This document shows positions 34,081-43,234 of a DNA stretch of 64,000 nt, piece by piece. The translations under genes were made by a program, and so were the position numbers. The notes under the pieces were generated by a model. The model ran no database searches and was not told the origin of the DNA. It was given only the letters and a program-made list of their open reading frames with translations. Source of the DNA: Candidatus Micrarchaeota archaeon (GTDB lineage Archaea > B1Sed10-29 > B47-G15); assembly GCA_003660975.1 (NCBI GenBank), contig QMVG01000002.1, forward strand, positions 7,996 to 71,995. Direction: 5' to 3'. Position 1 is the stretch's first letter. Every line of letters starts with the position of its first letter.

Positions 34081-35831
34081 ACTGAGTAATAATATCTACC
34101 TGATTTTCTTTGTTCTATATCCTTCTGGGAGCCTTTTTTGTTTATCCTTGGCCTGCCAGTGCTCGGGTCTCTTCTGAATGTAATCTCCATCATCTTGAGG
34201 AAGTCATTCATGCCTTCTTCCATTGCTTTTGCTCTTTTCGCTCTTCCGTATCGCCCAGGCTTTCCCTCAAAATTTATAATCCTGTTTGAAACAGCATCTA
34301 TGAAGATTATGTCATGGTCTATAACCATCGTCGCTTCTTCCTTCTTTTCACTTACCCTTTTTATCAGCTCTGCCAATCTCAGGCGTTGCTCTATATCTAG
34401 GAAGGCGCTAGGCTCGTCTAATAGACAAAGGTCTGCGCGCTTAGCCAGCGTTAAGGTTATTGCCAACCTTTGCAGTTCGCCTCCAGACAGGTTTTCCAAT
34501 TCCTTCTCCATTAAATCTTCAACAGTGTTCCTCATCAAACTGTTGAACAGCTCCATGTCAATATCTTGATTTCTTATAAAGTCCATAACCTTCACGTGTC
34601 CGCTCGCTTTCACATACTGAGGCTTATACGCTATCCTTAATTTTAACCCTGGCTCTCCCTCTGTAGTTTTTTCAATGCCAGCAAGCACTTTAAAGAAGGT
34701 TGACTTTCCAATTGCATTAGGTCCTAATATGCCTATGCACTCTCCTCTTTTGATTTCGCCCCCTTCTACCTCCAAAGTAAAACCAGGATAATCTTTCCTA
34801 AAAGCACCATATTCAAACATCTCTTTATTTTTCCACTCCTCCGCAGGAGGCCTTGGAGGGAAGCTAATGCTGTAATCCCTTATCCTTATGTTCTCTGCCT
34901 TCAAAAAGCCGTCCAAGAACTCGTTTATGCCTGCCCTTGATGTTTTTAATCCAGAAACAACACCATACACTCCAGGTTCACCAAACAGTATATGCACATA
35001 GTCTGTCAAATAGTCAAGTATTGCCAGATCATGTTCAACAATAAATACTGTTTTGTCTTCGCCTAACCTCCTTAAAAGCTTCGCGACCTTTATTCTTTGT
35101 CTTACATCTAGATAAGAGCTTGGCTCATCAAAAAAGTAATAATCGGCCTCCTTCATCATAGTAATCGCTATAGCCAGCCTCTGTAGTTCTCCACCACTGA
35201 GCTCTGAGACCTTTCTTTTCCTCGCCTCTTCCAACTCAAACAACGATATGTACTCATCTAAGACTCCTTTTTCATCTGCAACTTTTAAGACATCCCCCAC
35301 AACTTTGTCTCTCCTGCCCTCAAAAAAGGCATCTATATCCTGTGGCTTGTAAGATAACTTAGCTTTTTTCTCACTTAGCGCTTTCAAGTAACCATGAATC
35401 TCATGGCCTTTTAGCTCTGCCAGAATCTCGTCCCATGAAGGAGCATTGTCATGGTGGCCTAAATTTGGTTTTATTTCTCCTGCCAGTATCCTCACAAGCG
35501 TGCTCTTTCCAATACTGTTTCTACCTACGATCCCTATGACAGCCTTTTTCGGTGAAGGCAGATTATACAACCTAAAGCTATTCTTTCCGTATTGGTGGAT
35601 TATCTGTCCCAGCTCTTCTGCTGTGTTTATTATCTTTATAGCTTTGTAGGGGCATTTCTTAGGACATATGCCACAGCCAGTGCATAACAGTTCATTTATT
35701 ATTGGGTATCCATCCTCCCCCTGCACTATGGTTTCATCGCCCATTCTTACGCCAGGACATACAGAAATACAAATATAGCCACATTTCTTCGGAGAACATT
35801 TTTCCCTGTCAATCACAGCAATCCTGACCAT
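34077..35831 (-). CDS. abcE1: ABCE1/RLI ribosome-recycling ABC ATPase
   Basis: N-terminal 4Fe-4S ferredoxin-like Cys clusters (CGYICISVCPG...CTGCGICPKKCP) followed by two ABC ATPase domains (GRNSIGKST...LSGGELQR; GPNAIGKST...LSGGELQR). Confidence 0.85.
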   Translation of the reverse strand: MVRIAVIDREKCSPKKCGYICISVCPGVRMGDETIVQGEDGYPIINELLCTGCGICPKKCPYKAIKIINTAEELGQIIHQYGKNSFRLYNLPSPKKAVIGIVGRNSIGKSTLVRILAGEIKPNLGHHDNAPSWDEILAELKGHEIHGYLKALSEKKAKLSYKPQDIDAFFEGRRDKVVGDVLKVADEKGVLDEYISLFELEEARKRKVSELSGGELQRLAIAITMMKEADYYFFDEPSSYLDVRQRIKVAKLLRRLGEDKTVFIVEHDLAILDYLTDYVHILFGEPGVYGVVSGLKTSRAGINEFLDGFLKAENIRIRDYSISFPPRPPAEEWKNKEMFEYGAFRKDYPGFTLEVEGGEIKRGECIGILGPNAIGKSTFFKVLAGIEKTTEGEPGLKLRIAYKPQYVKASGHVKVMDFIRNQDIDMELFNSLMRNTVEDLMEKELENLSGGELQRLAITLTLAKRADLCLLDEPSAFLDIEQRLRLAELIKRVSEKKEEATMVIDHDIIFIDAVSNRIINFEGKPGRYGRAKRAKAMEEGMNDFLKMMEITFRRDPSTGRPRINKKGSQKDIEQRKSGRYYYSV

Positions 35832-35882
35832 AGTACCACATAGATAACATTAAGCAAAAACAGAAAAAGAGAGAAAATTGGA

Positions 35883-36152
35883 TTAAAGCACGAGCAACAT
35901 TATGCCTATCAATATCATAATTACTGCCAGAATTAATATACCGCCCTCAATTGCCGTTACTACGGCGTTTATAAGTCCCTCCAGTGTCCATACACCGTTG
36001 CTCATGAAGCCGAAGTGGAGCATTGCCACTAACAATATTAAGCCAACAACAAGCGAAGCCACGCCGAACTTGTCCACCTTCATTGTTTTCACCACCTTTT
36101 TATAGAGAGAACTATATTTAAAAACGTTTTCATATAATAAAGCCATGCTCAT
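35883..36152 (-). CDS. Hypothetical small membrane protein
   Basis: 89 aa with two hydrophobic helices. No family recognised. Confidence 0.3.
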   Translation of the reverse strand: MSMALLYENVFKYSSLYKKVVKTMKVDKFGVASLVVGLILLVAMLHFGFMSNGVWTLEGLINAVVTAIEGGILILAVIMILIGIMLLVL

Positions 36153-37170
36153 ACTGTACAGGAAGGATAATCAGATTAAACTTAGGGTTCAAAGCTTGGA
36201 AGACCTCTGGCATTTGGAAAAGATAATCAGAAAGGGGGACAGGGTCTCCTCCCTTACTACAAGAAAATTCGTTGCAGATTCAGGAAGCCAGGAGAGAAAG
36301 AAGCTTTTTATCAAGATAGCAGTAGAGAAGCTCAGCTTTCACAGAGACATGTCAAAGCTGCGTATTTTGGGAAGCATAGTTGAAGCACGCCCAGAGGAGT
36401 TAGCCCAAATAGGGCAGCACCACAGTATTGATATTGGTGTTGGCGATGAGCTAACAGTAGAAAAGGACAGATGGACCAATTACGAGCTTGCAAGATTGAG
36501 GGAAGCTGAAAAACATGGCAAAAGAGAAAAGTTATCCGTGCTAACGATAGATGACTCATCAGCGCAACTTTTCCACATCTTAGGTTATGGCTTAAAAGAA
36601 GCTGGGGAAGTTCATGCTAGAGGGCTGCGAAAATACAGGCAGGTTTCGGATAAGGCGAGGCAAGATTACTACAACGATATCTATCAGCTGATTTCCTCTG
36701 TTGATAAGTTAATAATAACTGGCCCTGGCTTTGAGAAAGACAGATTCAGGAAGTATCTAGAAGAAAAAGGAAAGGCAACAAAAATTATGTTCGAGAAAAG
36801 CAGTTCTACTGGCAAATCAGCTGTTGCTGAGCTGATAAACAAGGGAGTCATAGACAAAATTATGCGTGATTCCAGGCTGGTAAAAGAAAATAAGGCGGTT
36901 GAAGAGTTTGTTTCTTCGTTGGCCAAGGGCAGAGCAATATACGGGGAGAAAGAAGTTATAAATGCCTTAAAGTCAGGAGCTGTTGCGAAATTGCTTATTC
37001 TTGATGAGCTACTTTTTACTCACAGGGAAAAGATAGATATGCTGTCTGAATTAGCTTCCAGAACAGGGACTGAACTGCTGTTTATAAGCCGTGAGAACGA
37101 GGCATCGGAGAAAGTGAAGGCATTTGGCGGAATTGTCGGGATTTTGCGCTTTTCCCTAAGTAAATCATAA
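36145..37170 (+). CDS. pelA: Pelota/Dom34 (mRNA surveillance, aRF1-like)
   Basis: 341 aa. N-terminal MLILYRKDNQIKLRVQSLEDLWHL, an eRF1-like central domain and a C-terminal domain. It is flanked by ABCE1, its functional partner. Confidence 0.8.
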   Translation: MLILYRKDNQIKLRVQSLEDLWHLEKIIRKGDRVSSLTTRKFVADSGSQERKKLFIKIAVEKLSFHRDMSKLRILGSIVEARPEELAQIGQHHSIDIGVGDELTVEKDRWTNYELARLREAEKHGKREKLSVLTIDDSSAQLFHILGYGLKEAGEVHARGLRKYRQVSDKARQDYYNDIYQLISSVDKLIITGPGFEKDRFRKYLEEKGKATKIMFEKSSSTGKSAVAELINKGVIDKIMRDSRLVKENKAVEEFVSSLAKGRAIYGEKEVINALKSGAVAKLLILDELLFTHREKIDMLSELASRTGTELLFISRENEASEKVKAFGGIVGILRFSLSKS

Positions 37171-37193
37171 ATAGTTTGTAAATCTTCAAAACT

Positions 37194-39068
37194 ATGGTTG
37201 TTATGAAAAAGAAAGCCTTGTTGATTCTTTTGATTTTTAGCCCAGTTGTAAACGCCATCGCGCTTAATATAGTCCCACAAGTGTTAAACAATACCATAGG
37301 CAATGTTTCTTTGGTTTTCTTCAACGATGAGAATATCAGCATATCGCAGTTATACTTCAATTCAAGTGACATAGCGATATCATCAGTGTCCGAAGACAAT
37401 TGTTTGCTTTCAACATTTTCATTTAACTGTGATATTGATGTAAAGCCGTCTTCCCAACATTCTCTTTCTTTCACTTACATGGCGAATGCAGGCCAACACA
37501 ATGCGAGCATAACCCTTGAAGACCTGTCTTCAAGGCGATTTGTTTTTAATAAATCCATAGTCGTTGACTTGGATAGACCAATTATGGCCAAGGTAGAAGT
37601 TGAATATCCCCCTGGCTACTTGGCTGCAAAAACAGGAACAGTTGTTATATTAAAAGCTTTCGTGGTTGATGCGACGAGTTATGTAAAAAAGGTAGTGGTT
37701 GATGCCGCTCCCATAGGCTGCGGCGAGCTTCAGTTGAGCAAGGGAGTTAGTTATTGGTCAGGCATTTGTAAGGTGGAGGCTAAGGATGGGGTTAAAATTC
37801 TGAAAGCAATTGCTTACGATGCCGCAGGAAATAAAGAAGAAAAGAACTTTCAAGTGATAATAGACAACAGTCCTTCAAAGATAAACTTAATTCACTTCAA
37901 GCAAGCTTCACGGATAGGCGAGACAGTTACATTTACATTTAATTTAAGCGAGAAGGGCACAAGCATTAAAGATGTTGTGATTGACATGTCTGAGCTGGGC
38001 TGCCCTGTCAAGCACCTTGAAGCAAGCGATGCTGTCTATTCCAGTTCATGCACTGTGGTTTCAGGAGAAGGCCATTATAATATTAGCATAGATGCTTATG
38101 ATTACGCCGGCAATGTGGAGAGAAAGCTTATAGATTTCTTCGTTGACAATCATCCTCCACAAATAAATAGTGTAGAGCTTAAGTATACAGGAAAGCAAAA
38201 GGCTGCAAAACAAGGAGACACTATTCACATCTTAGTTAACGCCAATGATTCTCTAAGTGGTGTTTCAAAGGTAATTCTACAGCAAAACAGCGTTTGTAGT
38301 GCTAACTTCTCATATGAAAAAGGAGTGTGGGAAGGGCTTTGCACAGTTGAGGAAAAAAAGAGTGGCAATTACAAAATCATGCTTTTGGCTTATGACCAAG
38401 CAGGCAATGTCGTTAATGAGAGTATCAATATATCAATAGACAATGACGTTCCAGAAAGCCTTGAAATAGAGATGTTCAATAGCACACATCCCATTAACAA
38501 TTTGAAGAACGGAGACATACTGTCCTTTGTTATCTCTGCTTATGACAGTCAGTCAGGCATTCAGTCAGTAAGGGTTTATGGTCAGGGAACTGGTTGCGAT
38601 GCTACTTTAAACTATGCTAACGGCTATTGGAGCGGCTTCTGCAAGGTTCACAGGGCTTCTATGGGGCCTGCCTCCATTGCAATTATAGCATATGATTACG
38701 CCAATAACAGCATTTCACACAGCATTGACATCAACATAAATGACAGCTTCTGCGACAAAATCTGTGACATTGGATACAGATTAAACTACAGCACCTGCAC
38801 TTGTGAAAAAATGGCATGTAACAAGATATGCCCTCGCGGCTTCAATCTTAACAGGGAGTCATGCACCTGCGAGGCTCCAAAGGTTTGCAATAAAAAATGC
38901 AAAGAAGGGGAAAAATTGAACACTCAAGATTGCGTTTGCGAAAAAGTTAAGGCAGAGGAAACAGATTATACATGGGTTTTGTATCTGGGGGTCATAGTTG
39001 TTTTGCTTGTTCCATTAACCTTTGCGTTGAACTCAAAAATGATAAATTCCTTGAAAAAATACGACTAA
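37194..39068 (+). CDS. Large surface protein with tandem Ig-like repeats, C-terminal Cys-rich CxCE repeats and C-terminal TM anchor
   Basis: Signal peptide (MVVMKKKALLILLIFSPVVNA). At least four roughly 100-aa repeats ending in AYD(A/Y/Q)AGN(K/V).... A C-terminal fourfold repeat C(T/V)CE...CNK(I/K)C. A terminal hydrophobic helix (YTWVLYLGVIVVLLVPLTFAL). Confidence 0.5.
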   Translation: MVVMKKKALLILLIFSPVVNAIALNIVPQVLNNTIGNVSLVFFNDENISISQLYFNSSDIAISSVSEDNCLLSTFSFNCDIDVKPSSQHSLSFTYMANAGQHNASITLEDLSSRRFVFNKSIVVDLDRPIMAKVEVEYPPGYLAAKTGTVVILKAFVVDATSYVKKVVVDAAPIGCGELQLSKGVSYWSGICKVEAKDGVKILKAIAYDAAGNKEEKNFQVIIDNSPSKINLIHFKQASRIGETVTFTFNLSEKGTSIKDVVIDMSELGCPVKHLEASDAVYSSSCTVVSGEGHYNISIDAYDYAGNVERKLIDFFVDNHPPQINSVELKYTGKQKAAKQGDTIHILVNANDSLSGVSKVILQQNSVCSANFSYEKGVWEGLCTVEEKKSGNYKIMLLAYDQAGNVVNESINISIDNDVPESLEIEMFNSTHPINNLKNGDILSFVISAYDSQSGIQSVRVYGQGTGCDATLNYANGYWSGFCKVHRASMGPASIAIIAYDYANNSISHSIDININDSFCDKICDIGYRLNYSTCTCEKMACNKICPRGFNLNRESCTCEAPKVCNKKCKEGEKLNTQDCVCEKVKAEETDYTWVLYLGVIVVLLVPLTFALNSKMINSLKKYD

Positions 39069-40024
39069 TGCCTAGAGCTTAAAACAAGATAAGCCAAAAA
39101 TGCCTCCATTTGTATTCTCTCATTTGCGCCCTCACTTATTCTAAAATTATATTCTCCCAATTTATCTATAATTCTCAGCTTTGTCTCTGCATCTATTTCC
39201 ATGGCATTTATTTCTGAGTAGATCTGAGCCATCACGTCCTCACCGCTCATTCCATACTCATACAGCAAAATGTCTAATTGCTTTCTTGCCTCTTCAAACT
39301 TTCCTTTGATGGCCTCACTAAGCATCTTCTTGATTTCCTCTGGTTTGGCTCTCGTAGCCACTTTATATATCTCTGCCTCTGTGATTTTTTTAGCTGTTGT
39401 GCTAGCTGTCTGCAGGAAGTTTATCGCCTTTCTCATATCTCCCTCTGAGACATAAACCAAAGCTTCATATGCTTTTTTGTCCACATGTAGTTTTTCTTTT
39501 TCTGCTATATACTGCAGCCTTTTTATTATCTGCTCTTTGTTTAGTGGTTTGAACCTAAATACTGCACATCTGGATTGGATGGGCTCTATTATCTTTCCTG
39601 AGTAATTGCATGACAAGATAAAACGAGTAGTGCCCGCAAATTTTTCCATAGTTCTTCTTAAAGCGTTTTGCGCGTCTTTTGTCAGGGCATCTGCTTCATC
39701 AAGGAAGATGATTTTAAAACCACTGCGACCATATGCAAGAGAACTGGCAAAGTCTTTTATCTTTCCTCTTATGATATCTATGCCTCTCTCGTCAGAAGCG
39801 TTTAACTCTAAAAAGTTTCGCTTAAAGTCATCACCGAAAAGCTCCTTCCCAAGTGCCACTGCACACACGGTTTTGCCTATGCCTGGTGGACCAGCAAATA
39901 ACATATTCGGCATGTTTCTTTGCTTTACATATGCTTGCAGTCTCTCAACAATCCGTTCATGACCTACAACATCTGAAAGCCTGTTTGGTCTGTACTTTTC
40001 TGTCCAAGGCAGTTCGATTTCCAT
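39065..40024 (-). CDS. rfcS: Replication factor C small subunit
   Basis: PWTEKYRP, Walker A GPPGIGKT, DEAD-like IIFLDEADALT, SRC motif (QSRCAVFRF). 319 aa. Confidence 0.85.
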   Translation of the reverse strand: MEIELPWTEKYRPNRLSDVVGHERIVERLQAYVKQRNMPNMLFAGPPGIGKTVCAVALGKELFGDDFKRNFLELNASDERGIDIIRGKIKDFASSLAYGRSGFKIIFLDEADALTKDAQNALRRTMEKFAGTTRFILSCNYSGKIIEPIQSRCAVFRFKPLNKEQIIKRLQYIAEKEKLHVDKKAYEALVYVSEGDMRKAINFLQTASTTAKKITEAEIYKVATRAKPEEIKKMLSEAIKGKFEEARKQLDILLYEYGMSGEDVMAQIYSEINAMEIDAETKLRIIDKLGEYNFRISEGANERIQMEAFLAYLVLSSRH

Positions 40025-40097
40025 GTTAAATAATATGCCAAGTGATTATTAAATATCTTTAGGGATAACTTTAAATAGGGCGCTTTAATAAAAGCTT

Positions 40098-40457
40098 ATG
40101 AGTGCTATGAAAGAATACATACATGTGGTAAGTACAGCTGAAGTGCCTGGCTATGAAATAATTGACATAAAGGGTCTTGTTTGGGGAACTACTGTTAGAG
40201 CTAAGTTTCTAGGAAAAGACCTGTTAGCTATTTTTCGCTCTCTTGTCGGCGGAGAGATAAAGGAGTATACTGATATGGTCAATATTGCAAGGAGGCAAGC
40301 AATAGAGAGAATGGTTGCCAATGCCAAGGCCTTAGGCGCAAATGCAGTCGTTAATGTTCACATTGGAAGCACATCACAGGTTCTACCTGGCACTGTGGAG
40401 CTTTTTGCTTATGGCACAGCCGTTGTTATAAGGCCTAAAAAGAAAAAGAGGAAGTAA
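40098..40457 (+). CDS. YbjQ/UPF0145 family protein
   Basis: About 110-aa domain with the GANAVVNV...Y.GTAV signature of the UPF0145 (YbjQ) family. Confidence 0.6.
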   Translation: MSAMKEYIHVVSTAEVPGYEIIDIKGLVWGTTVRAKFLGKDLLAIFRSLVGGEIKEYTDMVNIARRQAIERMVANAKALGANAVVNVHIGSTSQVLPGTVELFAYGTAVVIRPKKKKRK

Positions 40458-40459
40458 CA

Positions 40460-40768
40460 ATGACAGTTGCAGAGATTAGCCTAAAACTTTTCGCTTTAAT
40501 CTTTGGTTACTTATACCCAGATTTACTGCTTCTCTTTGGAGCAAAAAAGAAATTTGCGTTTTCTCTTATAAGTATTGCTCTACTTGCTTTTGTTATATTT
40601 GTAGCTTTTTTATTTGCACCTTTTCTCGCTTTTGGCCGTATGACTGCCTTACCAATACATGAATTTTATAAGCACGACATGTTTTGGATAGCTGTTTTTT
40701 CAGTCATCGGTGGAGGCATTAGATTCATCCAGAACATTGTTTCAGAGAAATTTTTTAATAAGAAGTGA
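40460..40768 (+). CDS. Hypothetical membrane protein
   Basis: 102 aa with three hydrophobic helices. Confidence 0.3.
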   Translation: MTVAEISLKLFALIFGYLYPDLLLLFGAKKKFAFSLISIALLAFVIFVAFLFAPFLAFGRMTALPIHEFYKHDMFWIAVFSVIGGGIRFIQNIVSEKFFNKK

Positions 40769-40774
40769 AATCAG

Positions 40775-41992
40775 ATGAATATCTTTCTAGACACATATGG
40801 CTGTGCCATAAACAAGGCAGATTCAAATATCATAAGAGCCATACTTGGAAAGCACAACTTCACTTCTCTGGAAAAGGCAGAAATCGTTATAGTTAACTCA
40901 TGCGCTGTCAAAGCACAAACAGAGTCACGAGTGGCTGATGCTGTCAGGAAATACAAAAGATTAGGGAAGAGGGTTATTCTACTTGGTTGTTTGCCCCGTA
41001 TCAACCCAAAACTCAGCAGAAGCTTGGGCGTCGAAATTGTGGACTTAGACGACTATCACTTATTGCCTTATATTATAGATGGGGACAGAGCGCTTGAAGA
41101 AAAAGACAGAATCAAATTGCCGATGTACGATGATTCTTCAGTAACAGGCATAATACCAATAGCAGAGGGCTGTTTGGGGAATTGCACTTATTGCGCAGTT
41201 AAAAATGCAAGGGGAAGGCTAAGAAGCTATCCAGAGGACTGGATTGTCAAGAAGCTAAAACATTTAGTCAAAATCGGAAAAAAGCAGATTTTTATAACTG
41301 CTCAGGACACTGGTTGCTATGGCCTTGACATCAACAGCTCTCTCCCTGAACTGGTAAAAAAATTGCTGGAAGTAGAAGGAGAATTCCGTATCAGGATTGG
41401 AATGATGAACCCACAATTTGCCAAAGAGATAAGCAAAGACTTACTGCCCTTATTTTCTGATAAAAGGTTGTACCGCTTTGTTCACATCCCACTGCAATCT
41501 GGCTCGAACAAAGTATTAAAAGATATGAAGAGAAGCTATACTGTTGAGGACTTTATGGAAACAGTCAAAAATTTTAGAAAAGTTAAAGACATGTCTATCG
41601 CAACAGATATGATAGTTGCGTATCCAACAGAAAGTGAAGGGGATTTTGAAGATTCGATGGAAGTTCTAAAAAAGACAAAACCAGATGTTACCAATATATC
41701 AAAGTTTTATCCAAGACCCATGACAGAAGCAGCCCGGCTTAAGCCTCTTCCAACGCAGATTCTCGCAGAACGCTCCTTGAAAATGTCAAAATTGTGTAGG
41801 CAAATAAGCCTCGAGTCAAATTTGAACTATGTTGGCAGAGAATTAGAGTGCTTGGTCACTGGGAAGACAAAATATGGTCAGCTTAAAGGCAGGGCCATAA
41901 ACTTCAAGCAAGTAGCTCTTCACAGCGGTAGACTGGGAGAATTTGTCAAAGTAAAAGTAAAGGGCGCGAGCCCCACGCTTTTGAAGGCATAA
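40775..41992 (+). CDS. MiaB-like tRNA methylthiotransferase (radical SAM, archaeal MtaB/CDKAL1-type)
   Basis: N-terminal UPF0004/MTTase domain (FLDTYGCAINKADS), radical SAM CLGNCTYC, C-terminal TRAM-like domain. 405 aa. Confidence 0.7.
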   Translation: MNIFLDTYGCAINKADSNIIRAILGKHNFTSLEKAEIVIVNSCAVKAQTESRVADAVRKYKRLGKRVILLGCLPRINPKLSRSLGVEIVDLDDYHLLPYIIDGDRALEEKDRIKLPMYDDSSVTGIIPIAEGCLGNCTYCAVKNARGRLRSYPEDWIVKKLKHLVKIGKKQIFITAQDTGCYGLDINSSLPELVKKLLEVEGEFRIRIGMMNPQFAKEISKDLLPLFSDKRLYRFVHIPLQSGSNKVLKDMKRSYTVEDFMETVKNFRKVKDMSIATDMIVAYPTESEGDFEDSMEVLKKTKPDVTNISKFYPRPMTEAARLKPLPTQILAERSLKMSKLCRQISLESNLNYVGRELECLVTGKTKYGQLKGRAINFKQVALHSGRLGEFVKVKVKGASPTLLKA

Positions 41993-42033
41993 CCCTCGTA
42001 TATTTTATATAGAAGTTAAACCCTATTTTTATC

Positions 42034-42777
42034 ATGCAACTTGCATTAAAGAAGAGCATTAAAATGTATCTAGATTCATTCGGAATTATTGCAGGTTTTA
42101 GCATATTTGCCCTTTGTTCTTTGATTCTAATTCCTCTAATTGCCAGCTATATTGATTTGGGCAGTGGTTTTATTAGGTACTCATCATTATACCTTGATAT
42201 AAACACGGTTCAAGCAACTGTTTTCCTCTTTGTCGGGATTATCTCCCTGCTTTTCATGGCTTTCTTTATGTCCTCAATTATTACAACCGTCAAATTAAAA
42301 GAGACCCTGGACCACGTGGGCTTTACAAAAGTGCTTCATTCATTTTACTCTTATGTGCTACGTATATTCTCTTTGCTTGTGTTTTTGGGCATAGCAACAG
42401 CTGGCATCGGAGTCCTATTTACATATCTTCAGCTTCCAAACGCAGCGCTCCAGTTAATAATATTTGCCATATGGCTGCCATTTATCTTTGTTCCACAAAT
42501 TGTCATTCTCGATGATTTCAGTATAACTAAGGCAATAAAGGATTCATTCAACTTTATAGTAAATAATCCCAAGCCGACTTTATTTTACTTTATTGTGGGA
42601 TTCGCTTTGATGCTCATATTGGCAGTAATAGAAGTACTGCTGGGACACCTCTTCATATGGGAACATAAACTAATCACGATATTCTTGCTCTCATTGGGGG
42701 TTTTGCCTTTTATGTTGATATTCACAACCGAGCTATACCTAAGCAGGTATCCTCTCTCCCATACTAAGTCGGTTTAA
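42034..42777 (+). CDS. Hypothetical polytopic membrane protein
   Basis: 247 aa with at least 6 hydrophobic helices. No family recognised. Confidence 0.35.
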   Translation: MQLALKKSIKMYLDSFGIIAGFSIFALCSLILIPLIASYIDLGSGFIRYSSLYLDINTVQATVFLFVGIISLLFMAFFMSSIITTVKLKETLDHVGFTKVLHSFYSYVLRIFSLLVFLGIATAGIGVLFTYLQLPNAALQLIIFAIWLPFIFVPQIVILDDFSITKAIKDSFNFIVNNPKPTLFYFIVGFALMLILAVIEVLLGHLFIWEHKLITIFLLSLGVLPFMLIFTTELYLSRYPLSHTKSV

Positions 42778-42814
42778 GCAAATCTTTTTATATGCTGCCT
42801 ACTTTTTAAGACTG

Positions 42815-43201
42815 ATGAGGAAGAGAGATACAGATTATTATCTCATTGTCTTAGCTATTCTTCTATTTTTGGGAGGCCTCTTGATGATGGCCTACGATTA
42901 TAAGTTTTCTGCTTCTGCAGTAAGAAAATTCGAACAAAAGCTTCCACCGCAGGTTTCCTTTAATTATGGCCAGTGCGGAGAAGACCCCTTAACTTACTGT
43001 TTTGAGGGAGGGGCTTATGACCCTGATGGTGGAGACATCCTCTTTATGACGTGGGACCTTGGAGATGGCAGGATAGCCAGCTCGCTCTACAATCACATAG
43101 AGCACCACTACAAAAAAGCAGGGACATACACTGTTACGCTTAGATGCATAGATGATGAAAATACCATGTCAAGCTATTCAAAGACAATCCATGTGGGCTG
43201 A
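42815..43201 (+). CDS. PKD-domain secreted protein
   Basis: N-terminal anchor, then a PKD-like signature (CFEGGAYDPDGGDILFMTWDLGDG....YKKAGTYTVTLRCIDD). Confidence 0.5.
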   Translation: MRKRDTDYYLIVLAILLFLGGLLMMAYDYKFSASAVRKFEQKLPPQVSFNYGQCGEDPLTYCFEGGAYDPDGGDILFMTWDLGDGRIASSLYNHIEHHYKKAGTYTVTLRCIDDENTMSSYSKTIHVG

Positions 43202-43234
43202 CTTTTTATACTTGATATTCCAATAAGATAAAGC

